From a bacterium (GTDB lineage: Bacteria > Desulfobacterota > DSWW01), in assembly GCA_015486285.1 (NCBI GenBank), contig WFRX01000015.1, positions 1-53,802 on the forward strand: 53,802 nt of DNA. The letters run 5' to 3'. The translations under genes and the position numbers were made by a program. This document shows positions 1-9,856 of this stretch, piece by piece; the stretch's first letter is position 1, and each line of letters starts with the position of its first letter. The notes below the pieces were generated by a model. It was not told the origin of the DNA. It made no database searches and saw only the letters and a program-made list of their open reading frames with translations.

Positions 1-721
1 CAATTCCGATGTCCGCCCCGACTTCCACGGTCAGTGCGGCCATCCGTTCCGCGTGCTGAGACCCGCACGCCTCGTTGATATTCTTCCCGTCCGGTTCCAC
101 CCCCAACGCTCTTACCCCCGCGCCCAGTTCCGAAAAAACCGTGGGCGCAACCTTGTATCCCGCCCCGTTCGCGCAGTCGAGAACGACTTCGAGTCCCTCG
201 AGGGAAAGGTCTTTCGGAAAGGTTTCCTTCGCAAAAACGATATACCGCCCTCTCGCGTCGTCGATCCGAAACGCCTTGCCGACCTTGTCCGCTGTAGGCT
301 GAAGATTCGAAAGGCGCTCGGAGAAAATCAGCCTTTCCATCTCCTCCTCGACCTCGTCCGGCAGCTTATATCCATCCCTCTGAAAGAACTTGATCCCGTT
401 GTCCTGAAAGAGGTTGTGGGATGCGGAAATCATGACCCCCGCATCGGCCCGCATATTCTGCGTGATAAACGCCACACCGGGGGTCGGGAGGGGGCCGATC
501 ACGAAGGCGTCCACCCCCATTGAGCAGATTCCGGCCACCATGGCGTTCTCGAGCATGTACCCGGAAAGACGGGTATCCTTTCCCACAACAATCCGGTGGC
601 GGCCGGCATGGGCCCGGCATACGTAAGCGATCGCGCGACCCAGCCGCATGGCAATGTCCGCCGTCATCGGCTCTTTGTTCGCAACCCCCCGCACGCCGTC
701 GGTTCCAAAGAGTTTTTCCAT
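1..721 (-). CDS. glmM: Phosphoglucosamine mutase (partial, runs off the window start)
   Basis: Not in the ORF track; my translation from ATG at 721 gives [20 protein letters not shown]...[14 protein letters not shown]...[19 protein letters not shown]...[13 protein letters not shown]; follows cdaA-cdaR. Confidence 0.95.
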   Translation of the reverse strand, partial: MEKLFGTDGVRGVANKEPMTADIAMRLGRAIAYVCRAHAGRHRIVVGKDTRLSGYMLENAMVAGICSMGVDAFVIGPLPTPGVAFITQNMRADAGVMISASHNLFQDNGIKFFQRDGYKLPDEVEEEMERLIFSERLSNLQPTADKVGKAFRIDDARGRYIVFAKETFPKDLSLEGLEVVLDCANGAGYKVAPTVFSELGAGVRALGVEPDGKNINEACGSQHAERMAALTVEVGADIGI

Positions 722-820
722 CCATTCTCTCCGTCGGTTACCGGTTTTCTCCCACTTCCTGTTGTCGTATGGGTTGCCCGGAAAGCAACGGGCGCTCCGC
801 CTTCCCACAGCATTCGAGGC

Positions 821-1747
821 CTATTCGGAATCTTCCGGCAGGGGGGCCTTCACCGTCACTTTCTCGGGGTCGCTGGTCGCTCGAATCCCATCCACGGGGA
901 CCACAACGGTCACCGGCAGGCTGGCGGGAAGAGCAACCTTGTCCGGGACGGCAACCGACGCCGTCACCTCGCCGGGCTGCAGCTCCCCTATCTTTGCGGC
1001 CGGTCCCTCGAGCAAAACGTCGACCCGGTCCGGGTCCAGCCGAACCGCAGCCTTTTCGTTTTCCACCTTCAGGGGAACCTGTTTCAGTAGACGCTGCACG
1101 GTTTTCTCCGCGACGGCGACATGCACCACCACCCGGTCCTCCCCTGTTTTGACCCAGAGATGAGGTTGATTGAGAACGAGTCTCGCTTTCGCTTCGAAAT
1201 CCGCCTTTCGACCGGTCAGATCAATCGCCTCGGTATCGACCTGGGCGATGCCGACCATCTCGCTCTGCGGCCCCCCGACCTCTACTCGCTGCGGATCCAC
1301 CTCCGTACCCGTCACGACATACCCAGGGGCCGGACTTCCCCGAAACCGGGGTTGGACCCCCACCTCCTTCGTGACGGTCAACTCGAACTTGAACTGGATC
1401 GTATCCGGGGGCAATACGGTCGCCGTCAATCCCGGCGGCAGGTGAATCATTTTCTCGTTGATCTGATAGTTGCTCAGTCCTACCTTTGCATCGGACAGGT
1501 CCAGGGTCACCGGGAATCGGGTAGGTTCCAGGTTGGATAGGATGCGTCGAGGGCCCGTCACACGAACCCGGATCGAATCGTTCACCTCGTTCGTGATGGC
1601 CAGAAAGCTCGGCACGTTCTCCCAGACCACCGGTATGTGGAGCGTGGTTTCCGCCGTAGCCTTGAGATTTACGAACAGCCAGAGGCTGACAGCGAAGAAG
1701 AACGAGAGGATCTTCAGACTGAGATTACGAAAGAGGAAGTCCTTCAT
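821..1747 (-). CDS. cdaR: CdaR/YbbR-repeat regulator of diadenylate cyclase
   Basis: C-terminal half of ORF 821..2611; likely start MKDFLFRNLSLKILSFFFAVSLWLFV (N-terminal TM helix) overlaps the cdaA stop (ATGA); beta-rich YbbR-like repeats (VRVTGP, VEVGGP, VLLEGP). Confidence 0.85.
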   Translation of the reverse strand: MKDFLFRNLSLKILSFFFAVSLWLFVNLKATAETTLHIPVVWENVPSFLAITNEVNDSIRVRVTGPRRILSNLEPTRFPVTLDLSDAKVGLSNYQINEKMIHLPPGLTATVLPPDTIQFKFELTVTKEVGVQPRFRGSPAPGYVVTGTEVDPQRVEVGGPQSEMVGIAQVDTEAIDLTGRKADFEAKARLVLNQPHLWVKTGEDRVVVHVAVAEKTVQRLLKQVPLKVENEKAAVRLDPDRVDVLLEGPAAKIGELQPGEVTASVAVPDKVALPASLPVTVVVPVDGIRATSDPEKVTVKAPLPEDSE

Positions 1748-2568
1748 GACAGGGCCTCTGCCTTGCGCTTTTCCCTCGGCACATAAGGAGAAAACAGGTC
1801 GGTCAAGGCCTCCCGGAGCCTCTTGGGCGACAGACCGTGCTGCAAAATCCCGTCCAGGGCGACCGAAATGGACCCGTCTTCCTCGGAGACCACGATCACC
1901 ACCGCGTCGGACCTTTCCGTAATGCCGAGCGCCGCCCTGTGCCGAGTCCCGAAGGATTTGTGAATATCCGTTCTCTTGGTCAAGGGCAGAAAACAGCCGG
2001 CGGCGTAAATGCGTCCTTCCCGGAGAACCGCCGCTCCGTCGTGGAGCGGGGACAAGGGAAAGAAGATACTGGTGAGGATTTCTCGGCTGACCCGGGCGTC
2101 CAGTACCGTTCCTCCCTCGAGAAAATCGTTCAACCGCGTATCCCTCTCGAGAACAATGAGAGCGCCTACGTTCCGTTCCGACATATAGACCGTAGCAACG
2201 GCGATCTCTTCCATGAGCCTGCTCTCTTCCTTTCGGCTCATCCCCGCGAACAAGGGGTTCCTCCCTATCCGCGCCAAGGCTCGACGAATGTCTTCCTGGA
2301 AGAGAACAACGATGATCAGTATGATTGAACTCAGGAAGCTGTTGATGATCCAGTGCAGCGTATGCATCGGCAGGATGCGGCTCACCACATAGGCAATGAA
2401 CACAATGGCAAGCCCGGCAACCATGTGGACCGCCCGGGTTCCCTTGATGAGAAGGATGATCCAGTACGTCACGAACGTAACCACCAGAATGTCCAGCACA
2501 TCCACCCAGGTCAGATCCAGCCAATCCAGATTCAGATAGGCGTGCAAAAAGGTCTCCAGGTGCCCCAT
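1744..2568 (-). CDS. cdaA: Diadenylate cyclase CdaA/DacA (membrane-anchored DisA_N domain)
   Basis: Three N-terminal hydrophobic segments, PLHDGA and GTRHRAALG catalytic motifs, VVSEEDGSIS. Confidence 0.95.
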   Translation of the reverse strand: MGHLETFLHAYLNLDWLDLTWVDVLDILVVTFVTYWIILLIKGTRAVHMVAGLAIVFIAYVVSRILPMHTLHWIINSFLSSIILIIVVLFQEDIRRALARIGRNPLFAGMSRKEESRLMEEIAVATVYMSERNVGALIVLERDTRLNDFLEGGTVLDARVSREILTSIFFPLSPLHDGAAVLREGRIYAAGCFLPLTKRTDIHKSFGTRHRAALGITERSDAVVIVVSEEDGSISVALDGILQHGLSPKRLREALTDLFSPYVPREKRKAEALS

Positions 2569-2573
2569 GGTTC

Positions 2574-3458
2574 TCAGGCCCGCCCCCGTATTTCCCTGAT
2601 GGCATGAACAATCGTCAGCACTTCACACGTCTCCCGGACATCGTGCACCCGCAGGATATTCGCCCCGTTCCACGCGCCGATGGCCGCTGTCGCCAGCGTT
2701 CCCGCAAGCCGGTCCTCGACATCGCGTCCAAGAAGGGACCCGACAAAGGCCTTCCGCGACGTACCCAGAACGATCGGTCGTCCCAGCGCCTCGAATGCAC
2801 GCAAATGCTTGAGGATGAGCAGATTGTGCCGAACGGTCTTCCCGAAACCGATGCCGGGATCCAGAAGCATGTTCTCCCTGGGAACCCCCGCCTCCTCCCA
2901 GACCGCCATCCGTTCCGTAAGATAGTCGATAACCTCGGGCACGACGGCCTCGTAGGCCGGTTTGGCCTGCATGGTTTTGGGCGTCCCTTTCATGTGCATC
3001 AGGATACAGGGAACCCCCAGTTCGGCCGCCACGAACCTCATTTCAGGATCCATTCGACCCGCACTGATATCGTTGATCATATCGGCGCCGGCTTCCACGG
3101 CCGAGCGGGCCACCTCGCCCGAACAGGTGTCGACGGAAATCCACCCCTGCCACTGTTCCCGCACCGCATGGATCACGGGAAGGACCCGGTCTTTCTGCAC
3201 CCCCGCCGGCACGGGGTCGGACCCCGGACGGCTGGATTCTCCCCCCACATCGAGAATGGCAGCCCCTTCCCGAATCACCGTCCGCGCTCTCAGCACGGCC
3301 TGTTTGGGGTCACCGTATCGGCCGCCGTCATAGAAAGAATCCGGCGTAACATTGAGAACGCCCATGACGATCGGGCCACCGGAAAAATCGAGCCGCTTTC
3401 CCCGACAGGCTATCGGCCCCGGAGGCCCTTTCGGGCCGTTGTTCACCCGTTGTGTCAT
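2574..3458 (-). CDS. folP: Dihydropteroate synthase
   Basis: MGVLNVTPDSFYDGG, DVGGESSRPG, DPGIGFGK, GTSRKAF, RVHDV; start trimmed to MTQRV at 3458. Confidence 0.95.
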   Translation of the reverse strand: MTQRVNNGPKGPPGPIACRGKRLDFSGGPIVMGVLNVTPDSFYDGGRYGDPKQAVLRARTVIREGAAILDVGGESSRPGSDPVPAGVQKDRVLPVIHAVREQWQGWISVDTCSGEVARSAVEAGADMINDISAGRMDPEMRFVAAELGVPCILMHMKGTPKTMQAKPAYEAVVPEVIDYLTERMAVWEEAGVPRENMLLDPGIGFGKTVRHNLLILKHLRAFEALGRPIVLGTSRKAFVGSLLGRDVEDRLAGTLATAAIGAWNGANILRVHDVRETCEVLTIVHAIREIRGRA

Positions 3459-3524
3459 CAACAAGCTTTGTAACGGAGAGGTTGCCTGGATCTTGCTCGA
3501 ACAGGAGAACCAGGGAAGACGATC

Positions 3525-3681
3525 CTGGGAGGCTGCCCCAAAAGTCCCATCTGCGGCGTTCGGCTGCATCCCTCGTCATTCAACGTACAGAAAGTACGCT
3601 TCATTCCTCGGGATTTTGCCTGCCTTGCATCTAGAACTTTTTGAACAGCCTCCAAGAGCCACTTTTTCAACGGGCTCCTAG
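3525..3681. mobile_element. MITE-like non-autonomous palindromic repeat (copy 1)
   Basis: Imperfect inverted repeats 3528-3549 vs 3632-3653 (17/22 identical), a further outer end ACTTTTTCAACGGGCTCCTAG, and a central CGTAC-AGAAA-GTACG hairpin; homologous to 19390-19488. Confidence 0.65.
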
Positions 3682-5633
3682 CCCCCTTCCTCTTGGCTCT
3701 TCAGCCCCAACGGCGGGATTCCCAGCTCCAAATCGCCTTCCTGATTGCTGTCCCCCGGGGTGTGGAGATCCTTTCCTGCTTCGTCCTGCTCAGAGGGGCC
3801 GTCCACCGCGACCGCCGCCTCCTTCTTCCCGGGTTCGGCCCCGTCTTCCTCCTGGAAAAGAATCTCCCGAATCTCGTCCCCGTTGATCGATTCCTTGTCC
3901 AAAAGGTTCTGGGCGAGCAAATGAAGTTTATCGATGTTCTCGGAGAGGATCTTCTTGGCCCGATCGTAGTTCTCCATCACGAGTTTCCGAATCTCGGCAT
4001 CGATCTGGACCGCCGTGTCCGGACCGTACTCCGACGGATAGGACAACTCCTTCCCCAAAAAAACCTCATGGTCTTTCTTGCCGAAGGCCAGAGGCCCCAA
4101 CTGTTCACTCATCCCCCACTCACAAACCATCTTTCGAGCCAGCTCCGTGGCGCGCTCGATATCGTTTCCCGCGCCGGTCGTCATATCGCCCAGGACGAGT
4201 TCCTCCGCCACCCGGCCGCCGAACAGAATCGCCAGATTGTTCATCAGGTACGTCCTCGGGTAGGTGTGCTTTTCATCGATGGGCAGCTGCTGCGTAAGAC
4301 CGAGGGCCATCCCGCGAGGGATGATCGAAACCTTGTGAATCGGATCGGTCCCGGGCAAAAGAAATGCGACAAGGGCGTGTCCCGCCTCGTGATAGGCCGT
4401 ATTGCGCCTTTCTTCCTCGCTGATGATCATGCTTTTTCGTTCCACGCCCATCAGCACCTTGTCCTTGGCCATCTCGAAGTCCTTCGCGCCGATGAACTGC
4501 TTGTCCACGCGCGAGGCGAGCAGCGCGGCCTCGTTGACAAGGTTCTCCAGGTCCGCGCCCGAAAAGCCGGGCGTGCCTCTCGCAAGGATTTCCAGATCAA
4601 CATCGGGAGCGAGGGGCATTCTGCGCGTGTGGACCCTCAAGATGCCGAGCCGCCCCTGCACGTCCGGCTTCGGCACGACAACCTGGCGATCAAACCGGCC
4701 GGGTCGAAGGAGTGCGGGATCCAGTACGTCCGGACGATTCGTGGCCGAAATGAGAATCACCCCTTCGTTCGTCTCGAATCCGTCCATCTCGACCAGCAGC
4801 TGGTTCAGGGTCTGTTCCCGTTCGTCATGCCCGCCGCCGAGGCCCGCGCCCCTGTGTCGTCCGACCGCATCGATTTCATCGATAAAGATGATGCAGGGCG
4901 CATGCTTTTTTCCCTGGATGAAAAGGTCCCGGACCCGCGAAGCCCCCACCCCGACGAACATTTCGACAAAATCCGAGCCGCTGATGGTAAAAAACGGGAC
5001 GCCCGCCTCGCCCGCAATGGCACGGGCAAGCAAGGTCTTGCCGGTTCCCGGGAGGCCGACCAGCAACACTCCCTTCGGGATTCTCCCTCCCAAGCGGGTG
5101 AATTTCTTGGGATCTTTCAGAAACTCGATGATCTCTTCGAGTTCTTCCTTGGCCTCGTCGATTCCCGCCACATCCTCGAAGGTTACTTTCTGCTGGTTTT
5201 CCGTGAGCAAGCGGGCCCTGCTCTTTCCGAAGCTCATCGCCTTTCCGCCGCCCGCCTGCATCTGCCGCATAAAGAAAATCCAGACGCCGATCAGCAGGAT
5301 CATCGGGAACCAGGAGACAAGGAGGGTCATGTACCACTTTGATTCTTCCTCAGGCTTGACAACAATCTCGACACGATTGTCCCGCAGGTCTTTCATCAAG
5401 TCCGGATCGTCGGGCATGTAAGTCTCGAAGGTGCTTCCCGCGGCCGTCCGCCCGGTGAGATGGCGCCCTTGCAGGGTGACCTCACTGACCCGCCCCTCTT
5501 TCAGGTAACCCAAAAACTGGCTGTAGGAAAGGCTTACTTTGTCGGCGCGCTGGTTCCTCACTGCGCTGTAGAGAAGCATGAAGAGGAGAATAATGGTGAG
5601 CCAGAGGGCAAGACTCTTGTAAAACTGATTCAC
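3678..5633 (-). CDS. ftsH: ATP-dependent zinc metalloprotease FtsH
   Basis: Two TM helices, GLPGTGKT Walker A, IFIDEID Walker [24 protein letters not shown] zinc motif. Confidence 0.98.
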   Translation of the reverse strand: MNQFYKSLALWLTIILLFMLLYSAVRNQRADKVSLSYSQFLGYLKEGRVSEVTLQGRHLTGRTAAGSTFETYMPDDPDLMKDLRDNRVEIVVKPEEESKWYMTLLVSWFPMILLIGVWIFFMRQMQAGGGKAMSFGKSRARLLTENQQKVTFEDVAGIDEAKEELEEIIEFLKDPKKFTRLGGRIPKGVLLVGLPGTGKTLLARAIAGEAGVPFFTISGSDFVEMFVGVGASRVRDLFIQGKKHAPCIIFIDEIDAVGRHRGAGLGGGHDEREQTLNQLLVEMDGFETNEGVILISATNRPDVLDPALLRPGRFDRQVVVPKPDVQGRLGILRVHTRRMPLAPDVDLEILARGTPGFSGADLENLVNEAALLASRVDKQFIGAKDFEMAKDKVLMGVERKSMIISEEERRNTAYHEAGHALVAFLLPGTDPIHKVSIIPRGMALGLTQQLPIDEKHTYPRTYLMNNLAILFGGRVAEELVLGDMTTGAGNDIERATELARKMVCEWGMSEQLGPLAFGKKDHEVFLGKELSYPSEYGPDTAVQIDAEIRKLVMENYDRAKKILSENIDKLHLLAQNLLDKESINGDEIREILFQEEDGAEPGKKEAAVAVDGPSEQDEAGKDLHTPGDSNQEGDLELGIPPLGLKSQEEGG

Positions 5634-5733
5634 AATATGCAGTCCCGGTCTTTCGTGGTTGCGGGTTTCCTCCCCGCCAGGAGGGCCCCCTTTTCACTGC
5701 GTCAGGGAAGGCGCAAGGTCGACTTCTTTTTAT

Positions 5734-5763
5734 ATCATATCATCTGGGATCGGCATAATTCAA
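5734..5763 (-). promoter_or_regulatory. Possible sigma70 promoter of ftsH
   Basis: TTGAAT-N18-TATGAT on the minus strand, about 100 nt upstream of ftsH. Confidence 0.3.
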
Positions 5764-5787
5764 CAAAACCTGAGGAATTCTCTTGCC

Positions 5788-7290
5788 TTATCTCTTGATT
5801 TGACGGATTCTTCTCCCCGGGGTTCCATCCTCCCGACCGAATGGGAGCGCCTGAACCCTGAGCATGGACCGCGTCTCTTCCGTCACCTTGAAGCGGTCGT
5901 CGACCGCCTGGCCGACCACCCACGCGATCTTCCCGCCTATTTCTAAGATGGCAATTCGATTCCTCATGCTTCTTGGAATCTTGCGATCGATGAAAAAATC
6001 CTTGATCTTTTTCTCGCCTCCCAGCCCGTACGGCCGGAATCGGTCTCCCGCTCGGGCGTTCCGGACAACCAGGTTGCCCGGGGTCGGCCCCACGTCCAGG
6101 AATACACACTCCCGGTCTTCACCCCCTCTCGGGGGAACGCCGCCGCAAGAGACGCTCTCCGCAAGCAGCACCATCCCGGCCTCAGGTATCCGCCTTTTCT
6201 CACCCGGGATGAGGGAGACCTCGTAAGGCGCCGCTTTCCAGAGGTCTCGCCGGGACAGGCACACCTCATCGTACTCCAGGAAGGCCCGGATGCCTCGTGG
6301 CAGGGAAAACTGCTTGTGAACACGTCCTCCCGGCCTCTGCAGGGCATCACAGATTCCTTCCAGATGTACATGGGAAAGGCCCTGGGTGGAGCCCGCAAGC
6401 CGCCTGTAAGACTCCCTGAGAACACGCCTTTGAAGCGCCCTGGGATACCCCTCCAGAAGATCTCGACGGAGATGCGTCTCCCCTCGGGGCCCTGTTCGGC
6501 AAAGCGCCCGCTCCACGGCTTCTTCCGCGAGGCGATCCAGCCACTGCCCCTCCTCCCGAGAGATGGCGGAGAACCGAAGGAGTGCATCACCGAACGCGGG
6601 GTTTGCTTCCCTGCGGATCCAGGGAATGAGTTCTTGCCGAATGCGATTCCGCAGATAGGTTCTTTTCTGATTCGAGGAATCTTCACAGTAGTCCAGGCCC
6701 GCCTCCCGTGCATACTCCCGGATTCCGGATCGAGGGATCTCGATCAAGGGGCGGATAAACCGGCCTTCACGAACAGGCGGAATTCCAATCAGGCCTCCCG
6801 TTCCGCGAAGCAGCTGCATGAGAAGCGTTTCCAGGTGGTCGTCTCGATGGTGTCCCGTGGCAATCCTTGCGGCGCCCCATCGCGCCGCCACCTCTTCGAA
6901 AAATCGGATCCTGTATCTCCGGGCGCGGGCCTGCACGTTTCCGCCCTTCCCATAGCCTGAGGCATCCACTCGCATCGCCTCGAAGGGCAGTTTGTACCTG
7001 GATGCGAGCGCCTCCACAAATCGAAATTCCCGCTCCCCCTCCTCTCTCCGGAGGCCGTGATGTACGTGTGCAATCACAAGACGCAATGCGAACCGCGGCT
7101 TCAGGCGGGCCAGGATGTCGAGCAGACTGACCGAATCCACACCGCCGCTCACCCCCACCACGACGGTTTCTCCGGGGGCCGCCATGTCATACCAAACCAT
7201 CGTTTTAAAAACGAGAGAAAGGATATCCGGCTCCTTAGGCCCCTCTCGAAATTTCACGCAGCGTTTCCTCCTGCTCCCCGCTTGACGCAC
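5788..7290 (-). CDS. tilS: tRNA(Ile)-lysidine synthetase (true start may lie slightly downstream)
   Basis: VSGGVDS PP-loop, HVHHGLR, ATGHHRDDHLET, IRPL, DSSN..YLRNRIR; tilS-ftsH synteny. Confidence 0.93.
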   Translation of the reverse strand: MRQAGSRRKRCVKFREGPKEPDILSLVFKTMVWYDMAAPGETVVVGVSGGVDSVSLLDILARLKPRFALRLVIAHVHHGLRREEGEREFRFVEALASRYKLPFEAMRVDASGYGKGGNVQARARRYRIRFFEEVAARWGAARIATGHHRDDHLETLLMQLLRGTGGLIGIPPVREGRFIRPLIEIPRSGIREYAREAGLDYCEDSSNQKRTYLRNRIRQELIPWIRREANPAFGDALLRFSAISREEGQWLDRLAEEAVERALCRTGPRGETHLRRDLLEGYPRALQRRVLRESYRRLAGSTQGLSHVHLEGICDALQRPGGRVHKQFSLPRGIRAFLEYDEVCLSRRDLWKAAPYEVSLIPGEKRRIPEAGMVLLAESVSCGGVPPRGGEDRECVFLDVGPTPGNLVVRNARAGDRFRPYGLGGEKKIKDFFIDRKIPRSMRNRIAILEIGGKIAWVVGQAVDDRFKVTEETRSMLRVQALPFGREDGTPGRRIRQIKR

Positions 7291-7311
7291 ATTCCAATCT
7301 TGTTCTATTCT
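7282..7311 (+). promoter_or_regulatory. Possible sigma70 promoter of the Rrf2 gene
   Basis: TTGACG-N18-TATTCT followed by an AAGGAG RBS at 7351. Confidence 0.35.
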
Positions 7312-7364
7312 ATCTTATTGGTAAACTTTTGGATATCACAGCAAACCAGGAAGGAGCAGCAACG

Positions 7365-7831
7365 ATGAAATTCTCCACAAGGGCGCGGTATGGGGCGCGT
7401 GCTCTTATCGAACTGGCGAAACACCAAGGGCAAGGGCCTCTGCCCTTGAAGCAAATCGCGCAGTGCCAGCACATCCCGCTGAAATACCTGGAACAGATCG
7501 CCATGGTTCTGAAAAGCGCAAAGCTCATCAAGAGTATACGCGGCCCCTCGGGCGGGTACACGCTGGGGCGCCCGCCCGACACGATTCACCTCTTGGAGAT
7601 CATCGAAACCCTCGAGGGTTCCCTCGGCTTCGTGAACTGTGTGAAGGATCCATCACGTGCGACCGTGTCGATTCCTGCGCCTTTTACGACTTATGGAAGC
7701 GGCTCTCGGTGGAGGCGTCGGACATTCTGCGATCGGTCACGCTTGCCGACATGGTCCTGAAGGACTCCCTGAAAAAGAACGGCCTGCCGCCCTGGGTCCA
7801 TGAGCAGGTTCTGTCGGAGAAGATGGATTGA
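7365..7831 (+). pseudogene. Rrf2-family (IscR/CymR-like) transcriptional regulator interrupted by a 1-nt frameshift near 7656
   Basis: Frame 1 gives MKFSTRARYGARALIELA...YLEQI...SIRGPSGGYTL...VNCVKDPS; a second frame continues CDRVDSCAFYDLWKRL...SVTLADMV. Joined, they give the Rrf2 C-x5-C-x5-C motif. Confidence 0.85.
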
Positions 7832-7877
7832 TCCGCGAAGCGGCCCCGCCGGAAGGCGCCGGTTGTTGGGGAGGCAG

Positions 7878-8387
7878 TCAGTCGGCGGGGGCCTTCTCTT
7901 TTTCGGGAAGATCCGGAATGCAGGCCGCGGGAAGCCCCTTGAGGGCGTCGGGGACATCCGAGAGAGACCAACGTTGTTTCGTGGCGTTGAAGGACCAGAG
8001 CTCCGTCCACATCCATTCTTTCACCACGAGCGAATCCTTGGGGTGAAGCGAGCACCTTACCCGCACCGTCGCCTCGCTCAACTCCGACCCCAACTTGACG
8101 AGTTCCACGCGGTAATCCGTAAAACGGAACCCCTCGAAAAGACACGTAAAAGAGTCGTCCCACGCGTTCCTCGCGTGGGTGGGAACATACTGGAGGGCCA
8201 CAGGCACGTCCTGCCCGATCAGGGCCCAGTGGAAAGAGCGTAAATCCATGCGCAGACGATCCTCCCGATGCCGCTCCATGGGGGACCACACGCTGCACGA
8301 CATGAGCGAAGAGAAAAACAGGAGGATAAGGAGCTCCCGCGCGATCCTGCTCCCTTCCCTGCCCTCGAACAAAGACATCCGTCGCAT
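7878..8387 (-). CDS. Hypothetical lipoprotein (possibly NTF2-like fold)
   Basis: Hydrophobic stretch LLILLFFSSLMSC ending in a lipobox Cys; fills the gap downstream of the B12-binding gene. Confidence 0.7.
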   Translation of the reverse strand: MRRMSLFEGREGSRIARELLILLFFSSLMSCSVWSPMERHREDRLRMDLRSFHWALIGQDVPVALQYVPTHARNAWDDSFTCLFEGFRFTDYRVELVKLGSELSEATVRVRCSLHPKDSLVVKEWMWTELWSFNATKQRWSLSDVPDALKGLPAACIPDLPEKEKAPAD

Positions 8388-8443
8388 GGAACATCCAAGG
8401 GGCGATCAACGCCGCCGATGGAAAGATGGGCGGGAAACGGGGC

Positions 8444-8851
8444 TCAACCGCTTTTCGCGGCCGCCGTTTCCCTGACGAAGTCCACGATACCCTGCATGGA
8501 GGTTCCCGGGGTGAAGATCTCCCGGATCCCGGCCTTTTTCAGCGCGGCCACGTCCTCCTGGGGTATGATCCCTCCTCCGAATACCACCTTGTCTCCCGCG
8601 CCCTTCTCACGAAGCAGTTCGACCACACGGGGAAACAAGTGATTGTGGGCGCCCGAAAGGACGCTCAGGCCCACAAAGTCCACATCTTCCTGGATTGCCG
8701 CGTTCGCGATCATCTCGGGCGTCTGGTGCAGCCCCGTATAGATCACTTCATACCCCGCATCCCGCAAGGCCCTTGCAACGACCTTGGCCCCCCGATCATG
8801 GCCGTCCAGGCCCGGTTTCGCGACAAGAATCCGTATCTTTCGCTCGCTCAT
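8444..8851 (-). CDS. Cobalamin-binding small subunit of a methylmalonyl/isobutyryl-CoA mutase
   Basis: [10 protein letters not shown] (DxHxxG), [21 protein letters not shown]. Confidence 0.93.
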   Translation of the reverse strand: MSERKIRILVAKPGLDGHDRGAKVVARALRDAGYEVIYTGLHQTPEMIANAAIQEDVDFVGLSVLSGAHNHLFPRVVELLREKGAGDKVVFGGGIIPQEDVAALKKAGIREIFTPGTSMQGIVDFVRETAAAKSG

Positions 8852-8899
8852 CGTCCTTTCTCCTGCATCTGTTAATGCTCATTCATTGCGTGGGAGGTT

Positions 8900-9685
8900 C
8901 TACTTCCCCGTAAAGGCCGGGCTTCGCTTCTCCAGGAAGGCCTGTATTCCCTCCCCTCGATCCTCGGACGCAAAGGTCATCGCGAAGGCCTCCCTCTCCA
9001 GCACAAGACCGGTGTGAGGATCGAGAACGTAGCCCTTTTCGATCGCTTTCTTGGCCTGTCCCAGTGCAAAAGGCGGTTTGGATGCCAGTTTCCGGGCTAC
9101 GGCTTCCACCTCCTCCATCAGATTTTCCGGAGGAAAAACCGCATTGACCAGCCCCAGCGTCTTTGCAGTCCTTGCGTCGACCATATCGCCCAGGTAGATC
9201 CACTCTTTGGCCCGGCGCATCCCGATCACCTTGGCAAGCCTCTGGGTACCCCCGAAGCCCGGGATGATCCCAAGGTTGATCTCGGGCTGCCCGAATCGTG
9301 CCTTTTCCGAAGCGTATGCCAGATCGCACGCGAGAACCAGTTCGGTGCCCCCTCCGAGGGCGAACCCGTTCACCGCGGCCAGCACGGGCTTCTCGATGGC
9401 CTCGATTTTCAGGAAGACCTCCTGCCCGAAACGGCAGAACCGCTCTGCTTCAAGGGGGGTAAGATCGGCCATTTCCGCGATATCCGCTCCAGCCACAAAG
9501 GCCTTCTCCCCGGCGCCCGTAATCACGCACACCCTGGCGGCCTCATCTTTCTCGAAACGGTCCAAGGCATCGTCTAGGTCTTCCAATACCTGGCGGTTCA
9601 GTGCGTTAAGCGCCTTCGGCCTGTTGATCGAAATGCGAAACAGCGCATCCTTCTGAGTCAATTCCAGCGTCTCGTAGCCCATCAC
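8900..9685 (-). CDS. crt: Enoyl-CoA hydratase (crotonase)
   Basis: NRPKALNALN, AFVAGADI, NGFALGGGTEL, FGQPEINLGIIPGFGGTQRL with both catalytic Glu residues. Confidence 0.9.
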   Translation of the reverse strand: MMGYETLELTQKDALFRISINRPKALNALNRQVLEDLDDALDRFEKDEAARVCVITGAGEKAFVAGADIAEMADLTPLEAERFCRFGQEVFLKIEAIEKPVLAAVNGFALGGGTELVLACDLAYASEKARFGQPEINLGIIPGFGGTQRLAKVIGMRRAKEWIYLGDMVDARTAKTLGLVNAVFPPENLMEEVEAVARKLASKPPFALGQAKKAIEKGYVLDPHTGLVLEREAFAMTFASEDRGEGIQAFLEKRSPAFTGK

Positions 9686-9738
9686 CGATCTCCACGTTGG
9701 CAGTCCATTCGTCCCGGCCTATTTCATTTCCTGAGAAG

Positions 9739-9767
9739 AAGGTACAAACGACGCGAACAATTGTCAA
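9739..9767 (-). promoter_or_regulatory. Sigma70 promoter of the crt operon
   Basis: TTGACA-N17-TACCTT, 54 nt upstream of the crt start. Confidence 0.55.
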
Positions 9768-9856
9768 TTCCAGGAAGGGCCCGCTTCGGAGAAAAGAATC
9801 ATCTTTGCTTCGCAGCGCCGCCCGAACCGGCTCACGAATCCAACGGGCTTGCGGCG

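Noticed and set aside
821-2611. 596-aa ORF suggesting a long CdaR fusion
   Set aside because: The N-terminal half is an off-frame shadow of cdaA; the CdaR-like sequence starts at 1747 with an ATGA overlap.
3458-3670. 70-aa ORF between ftsH and folP
   Set aside because: It lies almost wholly within the MITE-like repeat and has no recognisable protein features.
3693-5342. Long antisense ORFs (also 10748-12181, 15294-16850, 17269-18921, 24779-26509, 33346-34791, 36182-37702, 47874-49343)
   Set aside because: They are mirror frames of well-supported genes, expected from high-GC codon usage, and carry no family motifs.
7640-7670. Programmed frameshift in the Rrf2 gene
   Set aside because: No slippery heptamer, homopolymer or obvious stimulatory structure at the junction.
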